Shown piece after piece: positions 43,230-54,600 of a DNA stretch of 64,000 nt (its first letter is position 1; every line of letters starts with the position of its first letter). The translations under genes were made by a program, and so were the position numbers. Below the pieces are notes generated by a model, which made no database searches, had not been told where the DNA came from, and saw only the letters and a list, made by a program, of their open reading frames with translations. Where the stretch lies: contig JAPMXV010000069.1 of NCBI GenBank assembly GCA_026936335.1, forward strand, positions 256,213-320,212. Reading direction: 5' to 3'. The stretch comes from Mantamonas sphyraenae STR306 (Eukaryota > Protista > CRuMs).

Positions 43230-45677
43230 TCACATTGGCGTCAATGCCGACTGAACAGTTTCATCCACCGCGTCCCACCACTCTTGGTCGCCACAGTCCA
43301 CCATGGCCAACACCTCGGTGCGGACCAATGCCACAAATGGGTCCTCCTGCTTCTTCTCACCGTCACCGTCGTGCTCGTGTTCCTCTGTGTCCTCTGTGTC
43401 CTCAACCTGGTCCATGCCACCACGGGGCACGGACTCGGCAAGCAGGGCGGCCACGACGCCGACGTCGTCCATGATGAAACTGCCAGCGGCCTGTTCCTGG
43501 GTGGCACGGCGACGATGGTGCACCTCGAGATAGGCCACTGTGAGCAATGCCAACAGACGCATCTGGGCTTGGTTGTCTGTGAATCCAGAGGGCAGTTGGG
43601 CACGCAGTCGATGTGCAACCTCTTCCTTCTCGGTCAACCCAGCCTGTTGCGCCGCATGCCACACTGCTTGGGTCCACCGCGCCCACACGCGACGGTTGCG
43701 CACCTGCACCTGCTCTGCATCTTGGTCCTCGTCACTGTCACCTGCACGGGCACCACCCTGGCCATGGCCATCGTCTGTGGCACCGTCGCCATCCCCGTCT
43801 GCAGAAGATGCAGCCACGTCGCCAGAAGCCGTGTGTGATGGGGGCCCATCCACAAGCATGTCGATGAGGCGGTCCCATTCCGGGTGGAGACGCATGCGTT
43901 GGATGGATCGTTCGGGATTGGGAGGCCCTTGGTCGGCGGGAGTGCCCACGTGTCGTCCCAGTTCACGCACGGTACGCCAGCTCTCACGTGCCTCCATCAT
44001 TGTGTTGAGCATGTTGGACAGCTTTGCACCCAGGGATCGATCCACCCCACAGCCAATGGACAGCACCACCATGGGCGTGGGTGACGGTGTCCTACGCTGC
44101 TGCCCGTCCTCCGTTTCCTCTCCTTCCTCCACGGTCTCTGCCACCGTGGCACTGCTGCTGCTGCTGCTGCTGCTCGTGGTGGCCGTGGATGAGGACGAGG
44201 CCGAGTCCAGGGCGTGTTCGACCCGTGCAAAGGCAGGCAGGACGGGATTGTTGGCAAAGAAGCCACCGTCGATGAGTTTGTGTCCGTTTGGAATCACAGT
44301 GCGGTCGTGCACCTCCCAGGCACGCTTGTCCGTGGGCAATCGGCGATCGTCGTCATTGCAAGGACACGGTTGGTCGTCCACACACGACTGGTCCGCACAT
44401 CCACAGCGCATGGTCACCGCCGGAATGAAGGGATACGCCGCCGACGTGGCTTGGGCCGCCACGCGGATGTACTTGGTCTGGTTCAGCTGCAGGTAGCCCT
44501 GGTCATCGTACCCAGGCCCATCGCCTCCCTTCTTCCGCTCCTGCCTGCTTCCCACAAACTCCAGCAGATGAGTGTTCATGTCTGTGGCATCCAACACGGT
44601 GATGTACACCGACGACGCAGTGGCAATGCATCCGCCGTCGGGAAACTGGTCGGCCAGCAGATCACGCACGTACGCCTCCCCGTCGCTCTTGTCGTACAGC
44701 GCCAGGTTGTCAATCATGGCCATGTCTTGCTCCACGCCTGTTTCCCATTCCATCGGCGTGTACGCCGTTACTGTGCGTCCCACCCGCGTCGATGACCACC
44801 AGCTCGTCAGCTTGTCTGGCAAAAGCGTGGAGCCCAGCCAGTTGCCCGTGGCCCCCGTCGCCGCCCACGGTGCATAGTACGCCACACTGGCAACCATATG
44901 TGCATAGTCACGTGCAGTGGGCTCATGGCCAAGCACCCACTTGCGATGGGCGAACCTGGCCATGCCCTCGGCCTGGAAGTTGCTGGCAAACGTGTCCACG
45001 TCCAGCAGCTGCCGAAAAAGGGATCCGGCCTCGGTGAACAAGAAGCGCCCTGCGTCGATGGGTGTCTCGAATGAGTATCGGAATGCAGGCGTGGCTGTGG
45101 ATGGCTCATTGTCGTCTGTGTCTGCGGGGGTGGTCGGTACGCCGTAGTTCAGGGCCAGGCAAAGCAGGCCGCCAATGGAAGTTCCTGACCAGGAATCCGC
45201 CAACTGCCGCACGTCGCTCACTCTGCTGCGCAGCTGGACCTCGCGCAGCAGAATGCACGGCACGATTCCCTTGACCCCGCCCCCGTCGATGGAGATGTGT
45301 CGATGTGCAGCCGGTGGTGGTGGTGGTGGCGTGGTGTGCTCCATGTCTGTGTGGCCGGCGGTGCTGCTGGCGAACATGATAATCGTGTGTTTTGGGCCCT
45401 TTTTCTTTTCGTTGGGCGCCGCTGTGGCTTGGACAGGTCCTCCCTCAACCATCATCCCCATTGGCATTGTGTCATGGACCCACTTTACAGGAAATTTGGT
45501 TTTTGTTGCGGTGCAGAACCTGCAAACTACCCCCGACATGGATGTCCCACGCACTCTCTGCTGCTGCTGCTGCTGCTCAACACACACACCAAGTCCAGTC
45601 CACGTCCAGTCCACGCCCACACAACACCACACGCACATTTCTCTCTCTTTTGGCCACATTCGCACCGAATTGTACAT
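43230..45677 (-). CDS. Patatin-like phospholipase (likely start ~45344)
   Basis: Oxyanion motif ISIDGGGVKG, nucleophile motif GTSIG, SAAYPFIP, catalytic LIDGGFFANNP, VVLSIGCG. Confidence 0.92.
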   Translation of the reverse strand: MYNSVRMWPKEREMCVWCCVGVDWTWTGLGVCVEQQQQQQRVRGTSMSGVVCRFCTATKTKFPVKWVHDTMPMGMMVEGGPVQATAAPNEKKKGPKHTIIMFASSTAGHTDMEHTTPPPPPPAAHRHISIDGGGVKGIVPCILLREVQLRSRVSDVRQLADSWSGTSIGGLLCLALNYGVPTTPADTDDNEPSTATPAFRYSFETPIDAGRFLFTEAGSLFRQLLDVDTFASNFQAEGMARFAHRKWVLGHEPTARDYAHMVASVAYYAPWAATGATGNWLGSTLLPDKLTSWWSSTRVGRTVTAYTPMEWETGVEQDMAMIDNLALYDKSDGEAYVRDLLADQFPDGGCIATASSVYITVLDATDMNTHLLEFVGSRQERKKGGDGPGYDDQGYLQLNQTKYIRVAAQATSAAYPFIPAVTMRCGCADQSCVDDQPCPCNDDDRRLPTDKRAWEVHDRTVIPNGHKLIDGGFFANNPVLPAFARVEHALDSASSSSTATTSSSSSSSSATVAETVEEGEETEDGQQRRTPSPTPMVVLSIGCGVDRSLGAKLSNMLNTMMEARESWRTVRELGRHVGTPADQGPPNPERSIQRMRLHPEWDRLIDMLVDGPPSHTASGDVAASSADGDGDGATDDGHGQGGARAGDSDEDQDAEQVQVRNRRVWARWTQAVWHAAQQAGLTEKEEVAHRLRAQLPSGFTDNQAQMRLLALLTVAYLEVHHRRRATQEQAAGSFIMDDVGVVAALLAESVPRGGMDQVEDTEDTEEHEHDGDGEKKQEDPFVALVRTEVLAMVDCGDQEWWDAVDETVQSALTPM

Positions 45678-46355
45678 CGCGCCGTCGCTTCTTCAACTGT
45701 GGACCGAGACCAGGTCGCAGAAAGACGGGTGCTACGCAGGGCCGGAATGGACACACACACACCGACCGCAGAGGAACCGGGGTTGTTGTCTTTTCCCTTC
45801 CTCTACGGTCGCCGGTGCATATTCCGGCCCCTGACGCATTCCCGTCTTTGTGCGAGGCTGCTTTCGGTCCCCAGCTGGAGGTGTGTATCAACGGGGTGTG
45901 GCCCTGGCCTTTCGTGGATCTGCCAGCCAGAAATGCAGTGCAAGCCCAGGGTGTGTTTTGCATGTGAAAACACCCTGGACTCACACTCTTCCTGGCTGAC
46001 ACCACCCAAGAAAGGCCTGATCAAACCCCGTTGTACAAACCGTTCAGAAGGCGCAATGCAAACTCATGATGCGCAAGGGAGGAGGACGACGGATGGGGGT
46101 GAAAGGGGGGCCTTGGGTGCCGTATGCCGACGTCCCTTGGCCCCTCTCAATCCCCCGTCATCGTCGTTCTGCCCCGTTGCTCGTTCTGTGGTGGCAAACA
46201 CGCACACGGCAGCCACAGACACATCGCATGGTTGCGTGGTCAGCTGCTGCTGTGCTTTCTGTGTTGCCATTTGTGATGTCGTGGTTGTGTGTCGTCTCGT
46301 GTCGTGCCCTTTCCTCGTGTCTGCTGCCGCGCGTGTGCAACATCATCCCCAACGC

Positions 46356-48062
46356 TCACTTTGCCTCTACAAAGTCCTTTGCATCCCAGTCCCAGGTTGC
46401 ACTCTCCACCACCTGCAACGATGTGTCGAGCAGAAAGTACGACTGGCCGATGCACACGACCCAGGCCACGGCGTCCTTGTCCAACATGGTGTCCACCTCC
46501 AGCAACACACAGTGTGCGGAATGGTCGTCCAGTTCCTCGTAGCCGACGAATGCACGCCAAAACAGACCTCTGCTTGGCCATGCCTTGCGCACCGTTGCGT
46601 TCAGCGTCAGCCCGAGCTCGCTGCTCAATTGCTCCACCAGGTCGTGGTTGACTCTGCTTGCCTTGGGCACATCAAAGTTCTTGTCTGCATCGTCCATGGC
46701 AAAGGTCGGCCGACATTCGTCAAAGACGCGTTCGACCACGTCCAGCGCCTCTTCATCCGAGTCGCCCCAGCACCAGAGTGTGCGTCCATCGTCCGACAAG
46801 GTCCACTGTTCCTCCCAATCCCACTCTTCATCGAATGAGTCACTGTCTGAGTCCCATTCACTCCATTCACTGCTGCTGTCGCTGTCGTCGTCCTGGCTGG
46901 ACTGGCAGCTGCTGCAGGCGCTCGATCTGCGCGTGACTGCATCTCGGAAGTTGGCTGTGCCAGGAATGGGCACACGACACACATGCCAGGAAGGAAGGAC
47001 ACAATCGACTGTCCAAGTGGAGTCGAGGACAACGGTGCGTCCCATGCTGGTGTGCACCAGAGTGACGTCCCGGTAGGTGGCCAGCCAGTGCGCTTCGTCG
47101 TCGTTCTCCACCCGCAGCGCATTGCCCTCACGCAGGCGTTCATCCAGCAGCTCCTTGAACATGGTCGGCAGTGTGTCCACATCTAGCACCTGGTACCTTT
47201 TGGAGCTGATCTGCCACCACGGTCGAGCAGAAATGCCTCGCGGCTGGCTGCCTGGGAGCGAAAGGAACTTGGGATGCACGCACTCGTTGGCCGGAATGCC
47301 CGTTTTCACAACGTGGTCACCCGTGTGGAAGACCACCCTGCAGGCAGGGGTGACCACGTGCAGATGGACGCCCTCCAGAACAAGCACAGCCTTGTCCAGA
47401 TCCTTCTTCCATCCCTTCACATGCTGGTAGCGCTGGTTTTCGCGCTGGTTGGCGTGTTTGGTCACCTTTGCTGTGCGCAGCCATTGCTTGACGTACAGCT
47501 TGGGCGGGCCGAGGTCACGCAGAAAGCAGGCTTTGGCATGCGTTTCTGTGTCCCTGTGGAGCACTTTGATGGCAAATGAGGCGTCCCATCCCTCGGGAAG
47601 GTCGGTTGAGGAGCGGTGCTGCCAGGCCGCGCAGAAAAGGGTCCATTGTTCCGCCGCGGCGAGGGCGCTGGCAGGCAATGGGGAACCGGCAGCGAGTTGA
47701 AACGGTGTGTGCAGCTGCTCATCAAGACCATCTTGCGATTGGGCTGACACAGTCGATGTGCCGAGGCCGTTGTCCCCCTCTGCACGCTCCAGGGAGAACT
47801 GCGGGGATTTGCGGCGGTGGAAATTGCCAGCGCCGGGCAAAACACGCTGGGCAACCTCGGCTGGGACTTGCACTTGCTTTGTTGCGGCGCGAGTGTGTGT
47901 GGGTTTGGATGAGGATGAGGATGGAAAGGGCTGCATGTTGGAAGCAGAGGTGGCTTTCAGCTGATACCAGCCTTGAGATGTTGTGACGAATACGTCTTCT
48001 ACGGTGGACATGGCGGAAGCTGGGGTGATCCGATGGATTGGGATTGGTGGGGCACTTCTCAC
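46356..48062 (-). CDS. Hypothetical protein (~550 aa, likely start MSTVEDV at 48011)
   Basis: Long ORF with globular-protein composition and an internal acidic tract; no motif recognised. Confidence 0.65.
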   Translation of the reverse strand: MRSAPPIPIHRITPASAMSTVEDVFVTTSQGWYQLKATSASNMQPFPSSSSSKPTHTRAATKQVQVPAEVAQRVLPGAGNFHRRKSPQFSLERAEGDNGLGTSTVSAQSQDGLDEQLHTPFQLAAGSPLPASALAAAEQWTLFCAAWQHRSSTDLPEGWDASFAIKVLHRDTETHAKACFLRDLGPPKLYVKQWLRTAKVTKHANQRENQRYQHVKGWKKDLDKAVLVLEGVHLHVVTPACRVVFHTGDHVVKTGIPANECVHPKFLSLPGSQPRGISARPWWQISSKRYQVLDVDTLPTMFKELLDERLREGNALRVENDDEAHWLATYRDVTLVHTSMGRTVVLDSTWTVDCVLPSWHVCRVPIPGTANFRDAVTRRSSACSSCQSSQDDDSDSSSEWSEWDSDSDSFDEEWDWEEQWTLSDDGRTLWCWGDSDEEALDVVERVFDECRPTFAMDDADKNFDVPKASRVNHDLVEQLSSELGLTLNATVRKAWPSRGLFWRAFVGYEELDDHSAHCVLLEVDTMLDKDAVAWVVCIGQSYFLLDTSLQVVESATWDWDAKDFVEAK

Positions 48063-48194
48063 TGATGGCAGTGGGTTGGGGGTTGGGTTGTTTTGTGATG
48101 TGGTTGAACCCTTGCATGCGGGGGCGCATGGTGGAACACCGACATGATTGCATTGGTTGTCGCACGTCCGTGGCGCAGGCTCGCCTTTTGCTGC

Positions 48195-49613
48195 TCATCC
48201 TGCTCTTCTTCTTCTTGCGCGTGTGCGGGTGCTGGTGCTGGCGGTTTCAGTTGGGGTACTTGGGGTGCTGGTGCTGGCGGGTTCACTGGGGGTGCTGGCT
48301 CTCTTGTAAGCTTCCAGCACCTGCTTGCCTGCATTGGAGACGGTGATGTGATCAAATCGTTCTCCATGCTGGTTGTTGGTCAAGCCTGGTGGATTGCTGA
48401 CGTTCTGAAATCTGCGCCCAATGGACTTGCGAGAGTGCGTGGCCATGTGCAAGAAGAGGCCAATGGGCAGCCCAGCTTGCTGTTCAATTGCCTCCACCTC
48501 CTTGCGGGTGGTACGCAGGTAATTCCCGAATTTCTTGCCCTCGTGGAAGCTGAAGAACGTTTCCACCGCGAAAGTGTGGACGCGCAAGTTTGTGTTTTCG
48601 GTGATTGCGGCCTTGACGTTGTCGGTGAGGTTGACATGCAGCTTACGGCGAATCGTGCACAGGACGCGGTCCAGGTTGATCTTTTTGGAGAGTGCATTCC
48701 ACGTGGAATTCCAGTTTGCCAACGCGTTGGATGTCGTCTGGTCACGCGTGAACGGAACCGCACCTTTGACGAGCGAGGCCAAATCAAAGAGGGGCTGCAG
48801 AGGTGGGGCATGGGGACCGGGTGTTTCAGACACAAGGACCCATCTGTTGTTGACGGTACGATGGAGCCACAGCCCCTGGGATGGTTCGGTGCAGACGAGC
48901 TGGAACGCATTGTCTGCAGCGAGGAGGGTGCTTGCGTTTGGTGGCTCCAAGGTACCATTCAGGCCAAGCAGGAGCACATCTACGGCTGCTTGGTAGTCAA
49001 AGTGCTTGCTGGCAGCTTTTGTGGCGGTGGTGAGCTTGGCATTTGGCCTCTTGTCAAAGGTGAGGATCCTGAGGTTGAAGTCATCCTCGCTGGACGTGGT
49101 GTTGTTGTACGCGTCACTGATGTGACGATCTACACGACTCGTGCGTGTGCCACTTGAGCTTGAGGAGCCGGAAGAGCTTGAGGACCTGACCGACCTGGAG
49201 TCGTCGAGAGAGGGGGAACTGGAAACATCGATGCTTTGGTCCTGACCGTCGTCTGCGTCGTCGCTTTCCGCGTCGTCGCTTTCCACGTCGTCTTCGTCCT
49301 CGTTGTTGCTTTTTTCGGGCGACTCCACGTCGTCTTCCTCGGTTTCTTCGGGGCTTTCTTCGGGCAATTCCGATTCAATGGACATCGTTGGGGGGTTTGA
49401 AGCCGTCGGCTCATGGTCGGCTGGCCCACGGCTGTGTGATTCGTCCGCGAGCACGCGTTGGCGGGCGGCATCGGGTTGATCGTGATCAGCGATCTCGGAC
49501 CCGTCCTCAAGCGCATTCCGGGAGCGCTTTCGATGCGTCGAGGAGGGGGGAGTGGAGGGGAGTGACTCATTGGATGAGTCTCGGTTGTCTTGAGAAGAGG
49601 GAGTGTTGTCCAT
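48195..49613 (-). CDS. Hypothetical protein, acidic/Ser-rich N-terminus, basic C-terminus
   Basis: 472-aa ATG-initiated ORF ending TRARRRRAG. Confidence 0.7.
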   Translation of the reverse strand: MDNTPSSQDNRDSSNESLPSTPPSSTHRKRSRNALEDGSEIADHDQPDAARQRVLADESHSRGPADHEPTASNPPTMSIESELPEESPEETEEDDVESPEKSNNEDEDDVESDDAESDDADDGQDQSIDVSSSPSLDDSRSVRSSSSSGSSSSSGTRTSRVDRHISDAYNNTTSSEDDFNLRILTFDKRPNAKLTTATKAASKHFDYQAAVDVLLLGLNGTLEPPNASTLLAADNAFQLVCTEPSQGLWLHRTVNNRWVLVSETPGPHAPPLQPLFDLASLVKGAVPFTRDQTTSNALANWNSTWNALSKKINLDRVLCTIRRKLHVNLTDNVKAAITENTNLRVHTFAVETFFSFHEGKKFGNYLRTTRKEVEAIEQQAGLPIGLFLHMATHSRKSIGRRFQNVSNPPGLTNNQHGERFDHITVSNAGKQVLEAYKRASTPSEPASTSTPSTPTETASTSTRTRARRRRAG

Positions 49614-50074
49614 GGTTGTTCAGCGTTGGTTTGAAGTATTGGCGCCAGAAGCGCGCGCTCAATTGACGCTGGCGTCACTCTCACGCACAATGGCTGGTGT
49701 CTGATCCGGATGGCGCTGTTGAGGCGCTGTTCATGCCCGTTTAGACGTGGAATTCAATGGTATGAGGTGCAGTGGGTCCTCCTCAGCCTGTGCGGTGGCC
49801 GCGAATGCGGGTGGCTTTCCCGCCAAAAGTTTGCAGGGCGCTCACACCTGGGAGAGGTCATTCTGGAAGAAGCCACGCGAGATCCTGGGTTGGCATCAAC
49901 TGGGAAAGGCAATAGTGGTGATTACGGGTTGATTGGATGCATGTAGAACAGAGGTAGCCGAATGGACTGGTCAAAGTTAAAAGTTAGCTTGACCAGCGCT
50001 CTCAACGGTAAGCGCTCAGTTAATTTTGACACGAACTTTGACACCCCCCCCATCCATCCAACACAGCCCTCCCC

Positions 50075-51724
50075 ATGAGCACACACGACAATGAGAGATG
50101 GAAATCGGAGATGATGTTCTGGGACAGGGTCGAGGACCTTACCGAGAGATGGATGAGAGAACCCCCCCCAGGGGTTGCTGGTATTGAGCTTGACGCAAGG
50201 CGCCTCTGCGTGAAAATCACGTACAGGCAGGCGTCCCCAGGCCAAGAGGTGGCGTCCAACCTTGGTACGGTGCAGTCCGCAGTCCTGGAACAAGGCGGAC
50301 AATTGGATAGGGACTCCTCTCGCAGCAGCAGCAGCAGCAGTAGCAGCAGCAGCAGCAGGAGGAGGAGGCGTGGGGGTGCCTGTGCGGAATGCGACGTGCG
50401 GGCGGTGTTTGCCAACGACACACAGAGTCGCAAGGAGAAGTTGGACGCCATGAAACGCGGTACCTGGAAGCGCTACAGCTCTTCAGAGGTCTTCAAAGAG
50501 CTCTGCGCATACGAAAGTGCGAAGAGACGTGTGTGGCGGGCTTACATGGACGGCACGCGGGCGACGCACTGGTGCAAGGTAGAAGACGCAGCATGCACAG
50601 GATTCCTCCGTGCACTGGCAGATGTGCTGCGTGGATGTGTTGAGGAGAGTGTGGAGAAATACGAAGGTGGCCCCGGCCTCAAGAGGCTGGCTTTAGAGGT
50701 GAAGGCCGTGGTTCGTCTGGTCGTGGTACAAAGTGAAAGGGCCAATGGGGCCATGACCAGTGAGCAAAGGTCGTGCTTTGAAAGCTTCGAAAACTGGTGT
50801 GGGAGTATCATGGAGGATGCTGCACGTGTTGCAAAGCTCAGTGCTGCCAGGAAAAAACTCACGCCCAGCTCCTTGCGGGAAATGTGCAAGAAGTGTCTGC
50901 AAAAACCCAACACGGACTCATACTTTGACCTCGTACAGCCTTTCCTAATTTGCACCCTGGCATGCAGCAACAAGGGACCTGCCAGTGCGATGTCGTGGGC
51001 AAGTGCGACGTACTTTGAGGACGAGGAACTGTGGAAACGACACCAGGCAACGCTGCAGCCCCACGCAAGGGGAGTCCGGTCAGCAGCGGTGTTGCATGAC
51101 ACCGAAAAATGCCTGCTGAAGGTCGCATGGAAGGATAGGACCGGCCAAGTGCTCGAAGCCGAACACCTGCTTGAATCGTATTACAGCGCGAGAATCTACG
51201 TTGCTCACCAAGAGGAGACGCTATCGGCCCAATCAAGAAGGTACTTTTTTCTGAACCCAGAAAAAGGGAATCACCGTAGCGAAGCCACACAGATTGTGCG
51301 GCGTGAGCATTGGTTGAACCAAGTGCTGAAGAACGAGCTCAGGGATTGTCGTGTGAACTGGAGACTTGTGCGGCACGCCGCCCAAGAGCCAGAGGGTGGT
51401 TCAAGCGGTCCCGGGCCGTCAGATGAGGAGAAAGAGTTGTGGAGCACACTCCTGAGGAATGTGTGGGAGCCCGGGACGACGACCACCGCGGTGAGCTCAT
51501 CTTCGTCGTCGTCGTCGTCAGCAACAACAACAACATCGTCTTACGAAATGTCTGTGGATGAAGGGGACGAGGAAGACGAGGAAGACGAGGAGGAGGAGGA
51601 GGAGGAGGAGGAAGCGGAGGAAGACGAGTACGGCAGCGACGCATCCAAGGCATCAGGCAAGCGTACAGTGCAGAGGACATCAACGAGGAGGACTCGGCGC
51701 AGGACCAATGGTTCAGGTGTATAG
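50075..51724 (+). CDS. Hypothetical protein, family X copy 1
   Basis: 549-aa ORF aligning with 52377..53972 (CxxCD, THWCKxEDAxC, GPxSAxSWASAxYFED, VNWRL, GPSDEEKEL). Confidence 0.8.
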   Translation: MSTHDNERWKSEMMFWDRVEDLTERWMREPPPGVAGIELDARRLCVKITYRQASPGQEVASNLGTVQSAVLEQGGQLDRDSSRSSSSSSSSSSSRRRRRGGACAECDVRAVFANDTQSRKEKLDAMKRGTWKRYSSSEVFKELCAYESAKRRVWRAYMDGTRATHWCKVEDAACTGFLRALADVLRGCVEESVEKYEGGPGLKRLALEVKAVVRLVVVQSERANGAMTSEQRSCFESFENWCGSIMEDAARVAKLSAARKKLTPSSLREMCKKCLQKPNTDSYFDLVQPFLICTLACSNKGPASAMSWASATYFEDEELWKRHQATLQPHARGVRSAAVLHDTEKCLLKVAWKDRTGQVLEAEHLLESYYSARIYVAHQEETLSAQSRRYFFLNPEKGNHRSEATQIVRREHWLNQVLKNELRDCRVNWRLVRHAAQEPEGGSSGPGPSDEEKELWSTLLRNVWEPGTTTTAVSSSSSSSSSATTTTSSYEMSVDEGDEEDEEDEEEEEEEEEAEEDEYGSDASKASGKRTVQRTSTRRTRRRTNGSGV

Positions 51725-53757
51725 AAATAGTAGAAACGCGTGCCGGTGTCTGCCGCGGATTCCCGCGGATTGCCGAGCCTTGGAATCGCATATTTGCACA
51801 CCAAACATCATACCGATGCATTGCGTACTCTTGACAACCAAGTAGGAGGATACGCATGGGTATGCACATATATGGGCGTGATCTTGGATTCAACAGACCC
51901 TTGTGGCTGCCCGGGGGAGGGGAAATGTGCAAGTGTGCACATCTCACCGCCACTTTTTTTTTTGTGGCAGCCTGCCGTGGCACCGCCCCCGCGTGTTGCC
52001 GCGGCAGCCGGGGGCGCTTTTTTCGCATCAACCACGCACACCGAAGCATGTGTACACATGGGAGTCTGGCAGGGGATTGAAAACATGCATACTCACACCT
52101 GTGCCCAAGTTGGGAACCCAAAGACCCTTGTGGGTGCCTGGAGGACGCGTTTTGTGCAGTGCTGCGCGCGCACAAGCTGGAAAATGAAAATGAGATCGGC
52201 TGGCGGGAAAAGGCAGCACATGCATGCATGCAACACGCTCACATGTGACAGGCGTTTGGGATGGAGCTGATAGGAATGGCAATGCGGGTGATGTGGGCGG
52301 GATGCGTGTGGGTTGGAGGGTGTGAGGGGGTGGTGTGGCGGGCGCCCCATCCCCCAAATCAAATCCATGCGTCCCCATGAGCACCCACAACATTCAGAGT
52401 GAATACCTTCCAGATTTTATTGCCCTGAGCAAGTTCTACTGGGAGCAAGGGCTCGTGTTGTCGTATGAGGTGCCTGACTCTGGAGTCAAGGTCTCTTGGA
52501 CTCCCCTTCCGCGGCAAGCAGCAGCAGCAGCCAGCGCCGAGCCTGCTTCTGACCCAGAGGAGACCACAATGATCTTACAAAACGCCGGAATCAGCGACTC
52601 CTCGTCCTCCTCCTCCAGCAGCAGCAGCAGCCGCAGAAGAGGACCGTGTCCACACTGTGATGCGCAAGCCGTGTTTCAGCAAGGCCACAAAGACACTGGC
52701 ATGCTGACAAAAGGCGAGTGGGAGCATTACTGCTCAACGGAGGTCATGGGATTGCTCAAGAAGCACAAAGCTGTGGATAAGCGAGTGTGGAAGGCGTTCA
52801 TGGCCGGTGTCGGCAACACACACTGGTGCAAGGAGGAAGACGCAGGATGTTCAGAGTTCCTGGACGCAATGGCGGCTAAATGGCACCGGGAGGTTGTTCA
52901 TCGCAAAGAGACACTCGAAGGAGGCTCGGCTCTGCGCAAGCTGGCGTCGGGATTTGGCAGCGTCGTTGGGGATCTGAACAGGGAGGGCATGGACGATGTC
53001 CTGAAGGCACAGTTTGACAGGTTCAAACAGTGGTGTGACGGAAATGCTGCGACTGCACGAAAGATTGCTGAATTGCATGCAACAAGAAACCGCATCAACC
53101 AGAGTTACGTCGATGAACGCCTTAAGCTGGTTGCCCAGAAGGCATCCAGTGCAGAGTACAAGGTCTTTCAGCGGAGTCTCATTTGTCAGATCGCACGTTT
53201 GGATGTTGGACCCGGAAGCGCAATCTCGTGGGCCAGTGCCTTGTATTTCGAAGACAGGGCGATGTGGGACGAGGCGAAATCAAAGCTGGAGACGCCTTCC
53301 AACGAGGGAGGGGACGCGTCTGCCGTGGTGTGGAACGAACCTACGAAGGGAATGTTGCATATCGCATGGAAAGAAGTGAATGGCCAGGTGAAGGAGGACA
53401 TGGTGCTGAGAGACATACCCCGTACCTTGACCATCCAGGCGGCTGATGAACAACACAATGGGCGCTTCTTTTTCATCCGGGAGGAACGGGGACATAGGCG
53501 GTCACCAAGAAGCGAAATCATCTCACGTGCAGCCTGGTTGAACTACATCCTGAAGGAAGAGTTTGCTGACGACGGCGTGAACTGGCGCTTGCTACGGCAC
53601 ATTTGTGAGGACCCAGGGGCTGGCGCAAGCGGATCAGGGCCATCGGATGAGGAGAAAGAACTGTTTGATGAGCTTGTGGAGAATGCGTGGGAGGGAGAGG
53701 CGTCTCGGACAAGGTCGGGGGGTGATGGTGGAGCAGCAACGACGACATGGGCGGTAT

Positions 53758-53788
<31 letters not shown>

Positions 53789-54600
53789 TGCAAGATCCTC
53801 GTCTGGATATGACACAGCTTCGGATGATGGGTCGGAAGTGGAGGAGGGGGAAGCATTGAGTGACGAGGAAGACGAGTACACCAGCGACGCCTCCAAGGCA
53901 TCAGGCAAGCGTACAGTGCAGAGGACATCAACGAGGAGGACACGTCGCAGGACCAACGTTTCAGGTGCTTAGGAATGTATGTAGAACCGTGCTGGGGGTC
54001 AGCCGGACGTTGCCGCGCTCTGCCGGGCTCTGCCGGGCTGTGCAAACCCCAGTTTTTCACACCAAGCATCACCCATACGCATCGCGTAATCTTCGCGACC
54101 TAGAGGGAGGATACGCATGGGTATGCACATACATGGGCGTGATTTTGGATTCAACAGACCCTTGTGGCTGCCCGGGGGAGGGGAGATGTGCAAGTGTGCA
54201 GATCTCCACCGCCACTTTTTTTTTTTGGCTGGCTGCCGTGGCACCCGCCCCCGCGTGTTCCCGCGTGTTCCCGCGGCAACCGGCTGCGCTTTTTTCGCAT
54301 CAACCACGCACACCGAAGCATGTGTACACACGAGAGTCTGAAAGGGGATTGAAAACATGCATGCGCACACCTATGCCCAAGCTGGGATCCAGTAGACCCT
54401 TGTGGCTGCCTGGAGGACGCGTTTTGTGCAGTGGTGCGCGCGCACAAGCTGAAAAAAAAGAATAGATCGGCTGGCTGGAAAAGGCAGCACATGCATGCAT
54501 GCAACACGCTCACATGTGACAGGCGTTTGGGATGGAGGTGATAGGAATGGCAATGCGGGTGATGTGGGAGGGAAAGTGGACGTGCGAGTGGGTTGGAGGG
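51620..54600. repeat. Duplicated ~700-bp segment (51620-52320 and 53865-54600): last codons plus 3' flank of family X genes
   Basis: Shared GGATACGCATGGGTATGCACAT, AGACCCTTGTGGCTGCC, CATCAACCACGCACACCGAAGCATGTGTACAC and AGGCAGCACATGCATGCATGCAACACGCTCACATGTGACAGG. Confidence 0.85.
52377..53972 (+). CDS. Hypothetical protein, family X copy 2
   Basis: Starts MSTH like copy 1; same motifs; identical tail SDASKASGKRTVQRTSTRRTRRRTN. Confidence 0.8.
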
